Shown piece by piece: positions 1-14,030 of a stretch of DNA of 64,000 nucleotides (within the stretch, counting starts at the first letter, position 1; every line of letters starts with the position of its first letter). The position numbers were made by a program, and so were the translations under genes. Under the pieces are notes generated by a model, which saw only the letters and a list, made by a program, of their open reading frames with translations, had not been told where the DNA came from and searched no databases. The stretch is taken from the NCBI RefSeq assembly GCF_902652985.1, contig NC_047020.1, positions 41,974,001 through 42,038,000 on the forward strand, written 5' to 3'. The stretch is from Pecten maximus (taxonomy: Eukaryota).

Positions 1-131
1 TTTTTACTTGGTTTATATCGTGGCTTTGCCACCATAATGTTAATATATTACTATATATACAATATACTGTATCCAATGGCACACATTATGTATTGTGTCA
101 CCTGTAAATCACACATCACTTCAGAATCTTC

Positions 132-279
132 NNNNNNNNNNNNNNNNNNNNNNNNNNNNNNNNNNNNNNNNNNNNNNNNNNNNNNNNNNNNNNNNNNNNN
201 NNNNNNNNNNNNNNNNNNNNNNNNNNNNNNNNNNNNNNNNNNNNNNNNNNNNNNNNNNNNNNNNNNNNNNNNNNNNNNN
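132..279. other. Assembly gap (run of N)
   Basis: Ns in the sequence. Confidence 0.99.
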
Positions 280-453
280 TCCTTAGTTACTTGTTACTTA
301 AATCCAAAATAATGCCACTACATTAACACTTTCATGATCTCCCTTAAAGATTTCTGTAATGTATCTGGTGAGTCTGAGATGGACCAATGATCAGTATGAT
401 ATATATTTACAGTCATTATTCGGTATATTTAAAGGTATAGCTCATGTATATGT
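280..453 (+). repeat. Local direct repeat, copy 1 (~175 bp)
   Basis: tccttagttacttgtt...ctcatgtatatgtc recurs at 3315-3495 with a few substitutions and one 6-nt indel. This copy abuts the gap. Confidence 0.9.
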
Positions 454-3314
454 CTGTTTTACTATCCCGTATATGACAAACTGTAAACGACGTCAATGAG
501 ATCCATGTTGTATATCAGGGTGTATATTCGCCTGGAATTTCAATCCCAGATTTATATTCCTTAAAATGGCATTTTTTGATATAAATTGATGAAGTGTTCT
601 CCGTATAAAATAACATTACGGGATAAGTTGAAACAAAGCATTCGTCCAAATGAAACACATGGACGAGATGATATACTTCAACCTACGTCATCTTTGTCCA
701 ACGCATGCTTGTCTGTTTCCATAGTAATACGCGGTGTCTATTTAAAGATTTTTTTTTAATTTGTAATCGGTACTCGCAGAAATACAAAATAAAATTGATG
801 ACGTAATAAAGTCAAACACTGAGCTAACATGATGTAATCAATCAGTTAATGACGAATTCTCGAAATTTATTAGCAATTTCTACATGATTGGAACACGCCT
901 GGGAAGCATCATGGTCGTTAGGGAGAATAATGCGTTGATTGTTTCAATGTACTGTTATACTATATAATGAGTCATATACAGAACTATTTTACGGAGGAAC
1001 CGATAGTTGTGTCGCTCCAAAATAGTGATGGCGTGAAGTCGTCAAATCGACGTTAAAGATGCAACAACGCAGACTGCATCATCAGTGTTTGTCACAAAGA
1101 TACATAAATGGCACATATTTCATAGAGATTTATCTAGTTAAGACAAAACAAATAAAAAACACCAGAAATTAACAGCATCTTTAAAGATCGCTTAATATAC
1201 CAAAGATGCATGCAAAATATAACGACGAAAAAGATTTCCTGGGATCACATTTATTATTTATTTACATTAAGTTTGATATATAACAGAAGATCACACTTTT
1301 GGTGGATGATAATAATATGACGTGTGTAGCTTTTAGCATTGTACAAAAATCTACCACAGCGTATACTGTCGAGCTCAATCGATCATAATTACTTTTTGTC
1401 GGAGATACAGTATCTTGAAAACATGATAGTAGATGGTAATTAAAATTCTTTCTGACATTCACAAGATGACATGTTTCCGTTACCTAATTATGAAATACAA
1501 GAATTCAATATCGACAGACAGAAGAAAAAGTCGGTTATTGTTATATTTATAGCGAACATTATCCTTATTAGCAGAGCGACGTGTTTGTATTCTGATTGGT
1601 ATGGGTCTGTAAATCAAACGTTTTATTATTCTATTAGTCTAGTCTGGTATAGCTATTTTTATAAAATACTTGTTCAGGTTTCCGCCGCAGTTATTACGTG
1701 TGAGTAGAAAGTCTTTACACAGATGTTAAAAATGAAATGATATCCCAATCACCGCCTCCTCACAATTATCGGACAGCGGATATGATTCACGAGAAAAGAT
1801 GTGAAAATAAATGCAACACAAATTTATAAAATGATTTATAATGAAAGGCGTGGACATGTGATTTGCAAATGATACGGTTATATTGAAAATTATACATGTT
1901 TCGTTATCTTGAATAGTCCTATCGCTTAGCAACTGTTGATATAGCGTGATGCGTGTGGACGACGCTACTGTTTTCTATCTAAACCATAAATTAAACTACA
2001 TTCGATAATACACTTTTAATTTTGTTCTCTCAGATCATTTTTTTTTGTTATTGCTATGGCAACTGCATTCCACGTTATTCATGTGTCTAGTTTTTTACCT
2101 GTCATTTCACTACAGGTAATATTTCCCCCGCTCTTTCTATTCCTAATTACCTGTGTAAATATAGATTTCCATACCGCTGCATGTTTGCTTAGAATGATAA
2201 ATTAAGTTGAAAGAAGAGATCAAAGCCGCCGGATTATACAAATCACTGTTGGAGTATAATTTATGTTTTCAAAGAATTACCCTGACTTTATATGTAAAGT
2301 TGAAGTAAATCAATTGATTGAGTAGGACGGAAAGCACAGGCCAATTTCCTGCAACCAAGAAACTGAACACTACCCATGAAAAATGGTCCATCTCAGCTGT
2401 CACACCGAGCAAACACGTGGCCGGCGTAGCCCGGAAGCGCCTTCTCTTCGCGTCACGGCGACAACAACTGAATTGCACGGGGAAAATCAATGAGGTGATT
2501 TTGAGAGATAAGCTAACGAAACTGAGATTACAAAAGCTTTTTTGATAAATGTAGGCCAGGACTCGACGGGGACTTGGTTTTGCTTTATAGATGAAATAGC
2601 TTTTAAAATGCATGCAGTGAGCAGGAGCGAGTTTAGGTAATTGTAGCGCTTTCAGGAGCTCTTCAACAGATAAGCACACAGAACAGTTTTGTTTGCTAAA
2701 TGTTCTTGAATATCTTCAGCGCAAACATTGCTATCTGTAGGTGATCACACTGGTAGCTCCCTGGTCAGTTCCCGCTGATTACAACATGATGTACGCGACT
2801 CTGTGTCGTTGCGGAGACAAATGTGCAATGCAAACATATGGTCGGGAAAGCAAATACACGGGCATTATCTCTGAACTGGGATCCATTTCAAAATCCATTT
2901 CCCGATTCCATTCGGTGATATGAATTCTCCAAAGCTTATGATAGCACTATTTACATTGTAAAATAGTTTAAACTAATAAAAAGATCAAAGTTTGTAACTT
3001 TCCATTTGTACATGCCATTTTAGCCTTGTTTAGAAATGTAAATTGATAGCTTTTATTTTTTTTATTTCATTTCATTATATACAATATTTACAATATATAT
3101 ATTTGGTCGTCATGAAACTAAAATCAGACGACCGTCGGAATAAACATATAATAACTAAATCAGAATTTTCTAACAATTGATATTTTGTTTTGACAACACT
3201 ATCTTCATTTTAGATTACTTAATCAAAAATAGAAATAACCAATAGCCCATACATTTCTTGCAGAAATAACAGAGAATTTTATCTTATTTAATTTTTATTG
3301 TTGTTGTTGTTGTT

Positions 3315-3495
3315 TCCTTAGTTACTTGTTATTTAAATTCAAAATAATGCCACTTCGACTACATTAACACTTTCATGACCTCCCTTAAATATTTCTGTAA
3401 TGTATCTGGTGAGTCTGAGATGGACCAATGATCAGTATGACATATATTTACAGTCATTATTCGGTATATTTAAAGGTATAGCTCATGTATATGTC
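3315..3495 (+). repeat. Local direct repeat, copy 2
   Basis: Matches 280-453. Confidence 0.9.
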
Positions 3496-5360
3496 ATAAC
3501 GAAATCTTAGTCCTAATACAGATTTCTTTATGAAAATTAGGACAACAGATGAATAGATTTTGATATTATTTACTAAGGATTATATTTAAAATTAAGTTAT
3601 TTATGTCATCGATTAGAAATAAGTCTTTTTTACATCTAATTCTTCTAAATTTGATTTAGTATTTTCAGCGACGTTTAAACTAGTGCAAGAGGAATAACAG
3701 AACTCCGTATTTCATAGGCAATGCCACGCGTCAGGTTTAAATCAATTTTGTTCTGATTTCCCGATGGATTTGACCAGACTGACATTTCATGACGGCATAC
3801 ATACTATCTAACCACTATTAATTATCATCATACGTTGTTATGCTTTATCAGGATTAAACAGTAGCGTTTAAATATCTTTTGATGAAGTAAGACACTTTTT
3901 GATAAGGGTCCATTGAAATGACCATTTCAAGGATGGGAAAACTTTTATGTAAAGAACGGCACAAGTTCCAAAGTTTCACATCTCTTATTACATTTGACTC
4001 AAGAGCACCTCAACTTCTTATTCATTGAAATTCCCAAAACATACATTAATATTTCAAAAGATTCCAACTTTAATTTCAGTATAAAAAAACAAGAACACTG
4101 TGGTTTCGGTATTTAAACACGAAATTCCTGCAAGCCAATGCTTACGTTTCTTCGAATGGATATCATAATTGTTGCTATTGAAAAGCAACTGGTATTTTCC
4201 AAATTGTCAGTTTTTAGACCAAACTTTGAGCTTTTACAGTCCCCATACATACGCCAAAGTAATTCTTCAAAAACGAAAAACAAAAACAAAGTAGCATGCA
4301 TTAATAACACATGTCTTTAGAGTTAACCAAGCATCAAAATTGATATGAATGTAATTTGATGAAATTCACGCCACGGGTTCAGTTCAGCTGTTAATACATA
4401 AGTATTGCAAGTCTAGAATATAAAACTTCAATACATTCGATGCTGAATTGTATTTGATATCATATTATTGTCAAAAAAGGAAATGTCAGAGAAATATTCT
4501 CGCACAGCGCGCGGCTATAATTGAACGTGTTTTCCACCCTTGGAGCTTCAATTTTTTTTACACAACATTATCGAACGCATTTATAATTTTTCCCTTTATG
4601 GGAACATTTTATGGCGACCACAAGGCGCTAGACATATTGCTTCTAGAAATGTTTGCCTTTACTCTCGGACATAACACCAACGAAGCTAAAAACTGTTCCT
4701 GATTGACCTTTGGAATGAAGCCCGTCTAAGATATTTGACGGCGAAAAACGCACGCATCTATTGCAAATTGTTTAAACGTCAACAAATAATCCTGGAGCTA
4801 CGACGTCACATCGAGTTATGAAAAAGGATTTTGTCAAAAAGAATTAGAGACAAAAATCATTTGCAATTTCTTCCTTAGAAGTCCAAATGAAGTAGTGCTA
4901 CACAACTTCACAAGGTAATGAACGACTAGACGGCTTCTGATACTCGTATATTTCCCATATCATTGTTTGTCGCACAAAACGATACGTTTATGAGGCCCAT
5001 GCAAGTTCAGAAATGGTTAACTTCAAACACCCTATAAAAAGACATGATATACCCCTGTGTATATTCATGAGAGAGGTGACCGAAAGTAAATGACCTATAG
5101 AAATCTGTCTCTGCTTCCTATATGCGACACTGAAAAGACAAGACAATGATCCGTTGCATAATGGCAAGACTGAATCTTTACATTTTGTGTTTATATTTAG
5201 CCTTTGTTACAACGATTTTTGAGGTTTTGTGTGCGTGTGTGTGTTTTGTTATGTTGTTTTTTGTTTTTTTCTGCTTTTTCTTATTTTTATTGATTTTTTT
5301 TCTGATATATTTGAGCTCTTTCTTAAATAGTTCGATTCAACATCTCACCGAATTTGTCTT

Positions 5361-5557
5361 TGTCCCGACACTTCAACCTTAGCTCTCCACCTCTGGGTTG
5401 CGAGTTCGAAACCTACGTGGGGTAGTTGCCAGGTACTGACCGTAGGCCGGTGGTTTTTCTCCGGGTACTCCGGCTTTCCTCCACCTCCAAAACCTGGCAC
5501 GTCCTTAAATGACCCTGGTTGTTAATAGGACGTTAAACAAAAACAAACAAACCAAAC
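5361..5557 (+). mobile_element. tRNA-derived SINE, family A (V-domain-like core), 5'-truncated
   Basis: Box B GTTCGAAAC, core ccgggtactccggctttcctccac and tail ggacgttaaacaaaaacaaacaaacc. Colinear with the copies at 19976-20368 and 49694-49906. Confidence 0.85.
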
Positions 5558-6899
5558 TTTTCTACGTTTGTTAATATCACATCCTATGCAAAACTGAAAA
5601 TGGTAAACAAAAATTGTCTTCTTTTAAAGCGTGGTTTTGAGAGTTTCCCCTTTTTTAACTGAGTAGAAACAATACAAAACCAACCGTAAAATTCGTTGTT
5701 GTGCGTACAATATCAGATTTAAATGAACTGTATCTGTTGCCATGCGATTCAATCTCATTATCTGGAGGTGGTATCTTAAAAAACATTACCATCATACAAT
5801 TTTATAATAGCTAGAAATGTATATTTACTGACAAAACAGTTCATTAATCTATATGAAGGTACAGTTTAAGTCTATTGATATACAACAAATATATTCCAGA
5901 AACAATGGATGAGATATACAGAAATCAATTTTTTTTTTATCGTAGTCATGCAATTCTCATCTAACTTTCAAACGTTTTCGTTTTTTAACGACCCTATCAA
6001 CAGTTTTGTAAATAAATTGGAACTTTTTGCATCCAATGAGTAAGGCTCTCTGAACAGGGAGATGATTTTTTTGATTTTCTGACATTTCCATTTGGACTTA
6101 ATTCTGTTATTACACGATGTCAAATTCTATAATCTTCTTGAATTGCTTAAAGAACATCTAACATGAAGCGCAACACACGTTGACATTTTCTGCTGACAAT
6201 ATGCTTATTCTTTTATAAAAAGAAATCATTTTCGGCTAAATTGAAGACGTTCATACTTAGCTCCAAACACGTTTCCACTGAATTTATTGCTTTATAAGTA
6301 CTCTTGTTCTCCCATTCGAAGTCCCTAAAGCGTGTACACATGAAAGAAAATCGAAAGGTTCTGCGATTTATTCCAATCTGGCATCTCTGATTGGTCGGAT
6401 GGAAAACGACAATGCATAACAACTGTCCTCGGCGGTTCACCGTGGGACGAGCGAAACATTAGTATTCATTAAAATTTATATCTTGATTTACCTTCTGGAA
6501 AGATTGTCGGCCAGCTAAGAGCGGTCATTAAGAATCGATTTGTCATTCACATTCAAATGAGGAAAAATGCTTGTCATATTCAACAGTGCTTCATCATAAC
6601 ACATGGTTGTGCTGTCGGAGACGATGGACCCTGGATCACTCAAGGGAATCCCATGCACGAAATTGTCGTCAAATGAGCATTAGGACGATCACTTTATCAG
6701 CGTAACGCCAAATGCATAACAGTATAAACATAGAAATAATCTCTACACAAAATCCGAAGTAAAACGACGGGGTCAAGTTGCGGCAAACGTGACTTGTTTG
6801 TAGATATCTCAATTTGTTTATGAAATTTCAAATTCAATCCTGTAAATATAATTTGGTTATTTTTAGAGGATATTTTGAGTGATAACTTTAAATCCAGGA

Positions 6900-8100
6900 A
6901 CTACATTTGAAATCAGACATGCTAGTAAAACAATTCAAATGTCATAGAGCTAGATTGTTAAGGATCTTTGTACAAGAAAATATAATGACTGCATAAATTG
7001 TGTTCTTCTAAAATGCAGCAATCTAAGTAATTTAAACACGTATTTTTTTGTACTCTTGCCCCAGAGATTAGCACAGTAATTAACATGAGGATTGATAAAA
7101 CAGTTGAAAAACTTAATACAGAAAGTCTGGTATAAAAATGGTTTTGGCTTTCTCATTTTTAAAAACTGATGCTCCTAACAGCTTTTCGTGTTTTTATTTT
7201 CAATATTTACAACGTTGATGACGACAAATAGATTTCACATTGGTCTGAGCTGCGGTATCATCTGCATACGTATATATATCACTCTGATTATCAAATGTGG
7301 GGGAGGTCGTTTTCATACTACATCAACAATGATAGCTCCAATTTTGATCCCTGCGGTACCCCAACTAAATGGGGAGATAATCAATGAGATTATTTCTGCT
7401 CAAACAACTATTTTAAAAATGTACTGTTCCTGGTGAACACCCATACAACTCATGTTTTGAAAGCAAAATTGATGATTCACAAGATCGAAAGTCTTACGAA
7501 AATACAAAAATATTAACTATTTAGCTCTCCTTTATCTATTGCATCAAACCAAGAATTGGTAATGTTGGTAAATGCAGACTGACATGAATGTTTGGATCTG
7601 AAGCCAAGCTAGCTATCTGTAATTAAATTGTTTACAGTCAAACATTTATATCAAAATATACATATTTATATTTTTCTTAACACTTAGATGAAAAAAAGTA
7701 ATATCGGGATTGGTCTGTTATTAGACAAATATTTCTTTTAACACCTTTTAAAAAGAGGGCATACTTTTGCATAATTTTGTGAGCAACAACTTGTGTCAAT
7801 ACACGTACTAAGTATTTTACAGACAACATGGACAATTGCCTTAGCACTGTGTTTCAGGAATTTCGGACAAATATTATCAAGCCCCGTGTTTTTGTTGACA
7901 TCTATGTTTAATAAAAGAATTTTTCAGTGAAATGAATGTCATCTTTTGGACTGTCAAAACGTTTACCTCCCAATTTGCTTTCAGTGAATGATTTAAGCTT
8001 TAGTAACAAGCCAGTATAATCATCATCCCAAACTTCTCTTACTTATCGGCTTGCTTTGTTGGTAAAATACTTTTCCTATTTCAGTATCATCAGTAATACC
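6900..8100 (-). pseudogene. Degenerate non-LTR retrotransposon (CR1/L2-group LINE) ORF2 reverse transcriptase remnant
   Basis: Minus-strand peptide blocks occur in the expected order: LLNIDVNKNTGLDNICPKFLKHSAKAI (~7830-7915), AKVCPLFKK..NNRPIPIL (~7700-7775), NNLITDS*LGFRSKHSCQSAFTNI (~7560-7635) and FFNCFINPHVNYCANLWG (~7060-7115). The region has stops, frameshifts and a large internal deletion. Confidence 0.8.
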
Positions 8101-11061
8101 ATTGCCATCTAGATCTTTTATAAAATTTGGCACACCAGAAGACTTATTTGGACAGGAAAAATGTATGTATTCCCACGTTGATAGATTGAGTACTTCATGA
8201 AATATTAAGTCTAGAGATGTATTGATACACTTTTTCTCATTAGAGACTGTGTTAGCATTTAATGCATATCTTTACCCTATCATAATATTGTTTGATGGCA
8301 AACATCTCGAATTAAGCATTAAGCATAACCTTTTTGTCAGTGACACAGTCGCAATTAGCTAGGGCAATATTGAATACAAAAACATAACTGGAATGACCTA
8401 GTATGGGGCAGCGCTCATCGTTATGACCTGTTGTCAGGCTAGATTAACATATAAATATCTTTTTTATATATTGCACCGAAGCAATTCTGTACGGGTTAAA
8501 CAAACAAATAAGATGTTTCTGGCATCCTGAATTGTGTCTCTCTGTTTAAGCACATGTGTACATACATGTACAAATTATAATTGAATACAGGTGTAGATTA
8601 ATGTGTCACTTTGCCCAGATGTATGGGCAAAGGCACAAAGCACAAAATAGTATGCATGTACATTAGTTTCCAGCAGATATGAAATTAGGGATTAACACAT
8701 TGGAAAATTAAAGGAAGAAAACGTATTGGCCTAGTCGGGGTCGCAGTGTACTTTGTTTATAAAGGAAAGTGAATATCGCCATATTACGATATTCTAATTT
8801 CTTGACGAATGAAGAAATGAAGCAAAATTCTTCTTGATTTAGCAAAGGAAGTTGATAAAATACCCAATTGTTCCCTCCATCACTGGAATATCCACATATT
8901 CTCCAGATGGAACCAGATTCATTTTCAAAATCATTTGTAATCATCTTCATTTATTGGCATTTGGTATTTGGAGGAAAACTTTGGTGTTAAGGATATTTGG
9001 GAGGTCCAGTATCTCCCAATTATAGAGATAGTTTGTTGATATTTTATTGAATGGTTGTTCTAGTCATTTGGCATGATCACTTCTTAAAACCTTTAAACCA
9101 TAACGTCATATTCACAAATTGTATGTACATTGTAACATAACACAAGCTACAAACAGAGGTAGAACAAATGCCGATTTCTTTTCAACATGTCGTCGGCTTT
9201 TCCATGTCGCTTGACATTTCCTAGCCATGCATATCTATACTATAGTTAACTAAGAGCAGACTTGTTTTCATGTAAGACTGGAATTGAGGAAGTGTTGCTA
9301 TAACAACGACCTTACCAAGACCTTGGTTTTTAATTTGTGATATATTGAGAATTTGTTTCGGCATGACAGAGTGGTTTATTGTACACATCGATCGGGCATA
9401 CTCCTAAAAATGAATTTTCCATTTCTGGATAATAACATCACTTTCTCCATGGCATCATTACATGTAGTGATGTGCATACATTACGCAGTTTAATCTCACA
9501 GCCTTGTTATCAATACCTCGATTTCCATGTTTAATTATTGCAAGCTGCTCCATTGCTCATTAGAGTGACACGTTATAATGGTTTTCAAGCTGGATTCGTC
9601 AATACGTAGAAATTAAACCAATTTCAATTTTTATGAACTACATTACACTTCATGTCTGAAGTCATTAGTATAGGGGAATGGATATAACCTAAATAATGAA
9701 TTAGAACAAAACAGTGCTTCAGCAGTTAAAGATATAATTTAAAAAGAAAAAACAGCAACTAGGCCATAATATCTACCATATATCACGCAATCACCTGCAA
9801 TTCACTTCCTTTGTTTAGCAGCAGTCATTTCATCATTTTTTTTAATGTTGTGGATCAAACAACTTAAGTTAAACGTTGTTATTCATCACTGTCAGCCGTT
9901 ATAACAAAAATGAATTAATGTTAGGTTATGCCAGTTTTCTGTTCATTGTTTACATTTTTTTACTCATATATTTATTCTTATCGATTTATTTTTTTGTTAT
10001 TATTATCATCTTTTATTTATTTATATATTTATCATTTATTTATCTCTGCAACGAGAATTAAACAGCAATTAATACACTGAAGGAATAGAAATGGGAAAAA
10101 AAACATTATAAATGCCACAAAATTGTGCGTATGAAGAAAATGTATTTAAATTTATATTTTAAACGTCTAATCTGCGAAGTTAATGCTGTTGATGAGATTG
10201 AACTTTTGTCAATCTCATTTAAAATGTGTAACGGAGCTAACATTGTGACGTGAATTTGTGTTGAGTACTCACCTGGGCTTAGTGATGAATCTTATTCAAC
10301 GTTTTACGATTTTTCTAAAATATAGGCGACATAAAAGTTCAACTAACATAACCATTACTCCGTTTGATTGATTTGACCCAGTCTAAGAGTACTTCGCACC
10401 AAAGCTAAAGTACTGTTATCAATGAAATGTACACGTAAAAAGAATACAGCGGCTTCCGTCAGTGCCAAAATGTCGTCATACAATCAAGAGTGACGCCAAA
10501 GTCACAGAACGAATCTCCAGAGTTAGCACGACAGACACCCTACCCATTTATCTACCTTCTGGCTCTAGTCGTTTGAGACGGATTTTAGCCTCAATTGATA
10601 TACCTCAATATACCCGTGATAAAGTCTAAGTATATGGTCTGTTATTTCTGCTGTCTGAAGATTAGAAGCTTAGTATTTGTTTTAATTGTTAAAGCATTGG
10701 AAAAGACTGGTCATAGCTTTAGCGCAAATTCAAACTCAGCTTATTAAAGCAGAGAGGATTCTGAAAACCCGTTTATTAATTTAGAATCGCGTCAATGTTG
10801 GTCAAACGAAACTAATGACTGATTATAAAGTGTAAAGCGTGCTCATTATTCCTTCCTTTGTTTAAATGCATATTAGAACTATCATATGGTGGATTCAAGT
10901 AACAATAAGGACATTGAAATGTCATCTCCACTGCGGCAACATTTGAACATCATGTAGATGTACACGAGGACCACTGAAAAGTTGCAGAATGGTGAGCGTC
11001 CTCTGTTTCATCGACGCCACTTCCCAATGTAAATCCACGTCTAATTCAGGAAATAATACTT

Positions 11062-11306
11062 TCACCAACTGTGAAACATTTTCACTAACTATTTAACACT
11101 TCCAGAGGCCGAGACACGCTTTCATTAAATTGAAATACTTTCACTGGCTATTAAACACTTTCAATAACTGTGAATCACTTTCCTTAACTGTGAAACACTT
11201 TCTCTAAATGTGAAACACTTTCTCTAAATGTGAAAAACTTTTCACTAACTGTGAATCACTTTCAATAACTGTGAAATATTCTCACTGGCTGTGAAACACT
11301 TTCTCT
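11062..11306. repeat. Minisatellite, ~21-bp unit (aactgtgaaacactttcacta-like), degenerate
   Basis: Repeated ctgtgaaacacttt motif at ~21-bp spacing. Confidence 0.85.
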
Positions 11307-12972
11307 TAAAGTAATCTGATAAGAAAACATATCATTTCAAAACAAAATTACATAAAATTTCATATTAATCTATAAAACTGAATTAAATATACAATGTAAA
11401 CTAAATGTTGTCCATATAAGTCGGTCGGATACCAATTAAGTATATCGAGTAGTTTAAATTCACGACAAAGACAACAATACATTCCCGATGTCCTTTCCAA
11501 GGCCCGAGGTGCTCGATAGATGCTTCAGTAGACTTGCGTTCTAGGAGACAAATTGGCCATTGGCCTGTCCCCGGGGAACTATCTTGATTTATTCTTGTAA
11601 AGATGCGACACAGCCTTCTCCAACTCTTGACACTATGTCTCCCATTTTTATCCATGAGTGATTCCACTGTAGGCAATAACGGTATGGCACCTCGAAACGT
11701 GGAATTTTTTCCATCCTTGTGGAAGTTGCAAGTAACACTAGGGCTCCAGTGTGTTAATACAATGAAAACAGAATAATAAAACAAGTTTTGTTATTACATA
11801 GAGATCGGTTAACATCACAACTGCATGAATTTCGTGAAGAAAATAAAGCTGCGATAGAAAATAAGAAATGTGTATGCAAAGGTATTATGTTTCGGCAGTT
11901 AATAATATCATATATTAATGAACAAAATCGTACTTCATTTTTTGTTGTATTCAAAGATTAATATACTATTGCCGTCGCCATTCGCACTTTAGCATTATGA
12001 TAGATTGGCTGTAAATTGAAGCTGACAGGACACAAGTGCTTGCACATTGCATTCAGTCTTAATACACCCTGGTTTTGAACATCATAGTGTATAAGAGAAG
12101 TAAAATTTAGAGTGCTAACCTATAACCAGCATAATAAGCAAATTGATGTTGCTTCCTTAAACATTTGCTGAATCAGGTTTAATGAAAATATTGTTTTGTT
12201 CAAACAATGGCAGGAAAAGAGACTTTACTGAGCCAGGATGCATTTCACATTATGTTGAACTTTATACTACAGATTCTCTGGAATAAATCTTCAAGTAAAC
12301 CTTCTGATCATTTTCCCGTTTGTACATTTTGATCTGACAGTTATTTGAACTGACACTATTAAAGAGGAAGCCGGCCTACCGCTCGAAACGACCCATCGCG
12401 TACAGAAGGAAATTGCTACGCAGGAGCACAGGATGTTCGCTCTTCACTCTCAACATGGATAGGATACGGTGAGCTCTTTGATTACCCTCCAAGATTTCAT
12501 ATACAGAGCATAAGAGAAGAATGTTATATGCCGACAATTACCCAAATGCAGACGACCAGAAAATTAATCTGAGTGAAAAATATTGTTTTTGTAAAAAAAA
12601 TATAAGGAAAACTAAAACTCCTTCACCGAAGGAATAATCATCAAAACATTTTTTTGTTATGTTTGCGTAGCCTATATACGTATGACGTTTGAAGCTGTAA
12701 AATTTTACTACGAAAATAAAACATATTTAAAACGTATACACCTGTAGTTGTTTTCCACGGCTACGCAAGTAAGTACAGAAACTTGCCATATTATAGGAAT
12801 AAATGATAAAATATTAGAATAATGGCTTTGAGCCATTTGCTAAAGTAAATATTACGTGTGATTTTAATTCAAGATCAGGAAAGAGAGAAACTAAACCGAG
12901 GAGGTATATATTTTATGAACCTACCCAATATCTATCTCAAAGTATGGTCAATTTCATTCAGAGACGTCCTCA

Positions 12973-13087
12973 TAAGTTATGGATATTAACCTGAACACTG
13001 TCCAATAACTGTGGGTACAAATCGAGGCCCGTAGGGTCGAGATTTTTTTCTCATTTATTGGACAGTTTGGGGTTAATATCTAACTTA
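12973..13087. repeat. Imperfect ~115-bp hairpin (inverted repeat), probable terminus of the adjacent Crypton-type element
   Basis: taagtta..gatattaacc..actgtccaataa pairs with ttattggacagt..ggttaatatc.taactta, around a central tcgaggcccgtagggtcga. Confidence 0.7.
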
Positions 13088-13496
13088 AAACATAGCAACC
13101 AAATTTATCTAACATAAAAAATAGCACCCAAACTTGGTTTCCTCACATATAATACCAGTAGCCAGGTAAGTGCAGTCATGCACGTCCATTCTATTGAGAA
13201 GCTATTGGACAGGTGAGGTAAAGGTCATACATGCTTCTTCATATCTTACCTATACATACATATAGCCAGGTTAGTGCTGCCATGTATATCAAGGCTATTG
13301 TAAACTTATTGGTGAGGTGAAGGTCAAAATATGCAGTGAGTTCATTTTCCAAAATGTTTTCAGACAGTGATGCAGTAATTTTCATTACTCAATCGAAATT
13401 TAAAGACTCTTCTGTTTGATACAGATGGGATCTTGAGTGATGGTATGAATATGGAGAATTGAAGTATGGCCCTAAACTTTACTTTGAAGTCGGACA

Positions 13497-14030
13497 TGTT
13501 TTCGGATATATCTGAGGGCGATTTAGGACATATTACCCAGGGAATGGAAAATGTGGAAAAAACAAGAGACAATGAGATTTGCTGAACCTTTAGAGGAGGG
13601 CGAGCTAGATAAAATAGAAGAATACATTTGTGTCAATACAGAAAACAAAACTGGGCATTAGGTACTTATCAGAATTGGGATAAAGAACGTGAAAAGATGG
13701 AAAAAATCAATGACAATATAAGAACATTTGGACTTGATAGTTTATACTTTAATGGAAATGAAATAAATGATGCCCTCAGTTGTGTTGTGACAGAGGTCAG
13801 ACATCAAGGAGGCAAGGAATATCGGCCAAACACCATATATGAATTGATCATAGCTATTCAACATCAGGATTACGTCAGATTTTGATTCCAATATGAAAAC
13901 TCTATGTCAAAACAGGGACGTGCAACAAATGTAGTCAGGCGGAGTTTGTTAGTTAAAATCAAGAGAGTGAACTTTGGGAAAAGTACTTACTGGAAAATAT
14001 AGCTTGTGCTGTGATTTTGAATTAATTTCG
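13497..14030 (+). pseudogene. CryptonA-type tyrosine recombinase (DUF3504, ZMYM/QRICH1/KCTD1-like) N-terminal remnant
   Basis: Frameshifted peptides RFAEPLEEGELDKIEE..NT.., NWALGTYQNW..R..NEINDALSCVVTEVRHQGGKEYRPNTIYELIIAIQH and DSNMK..SKQG..QAEFVS..QESELWEK. These match the pattern WA..W..ELN..L..EVR..G.EY.P.T....IQ..LD..MK..G..QA..E..LW. The catalytic C-terminus is not seen. Confidence 0.75.

Noticed and set aside
37-312. ORFs running through N gaps (also 17453-17758)
   Set aside because: Artefacts of translating Ns.
460-990. Weak inverted match gtatatgac/gtcatatac suggesting a MITE
   Set aside because: Only 9 contiguous matching bases and no TSD.
11401-11784. 127-aa minus-strand ORF
   Set aside because: No recognisable domain and no convincing splice-site pair.
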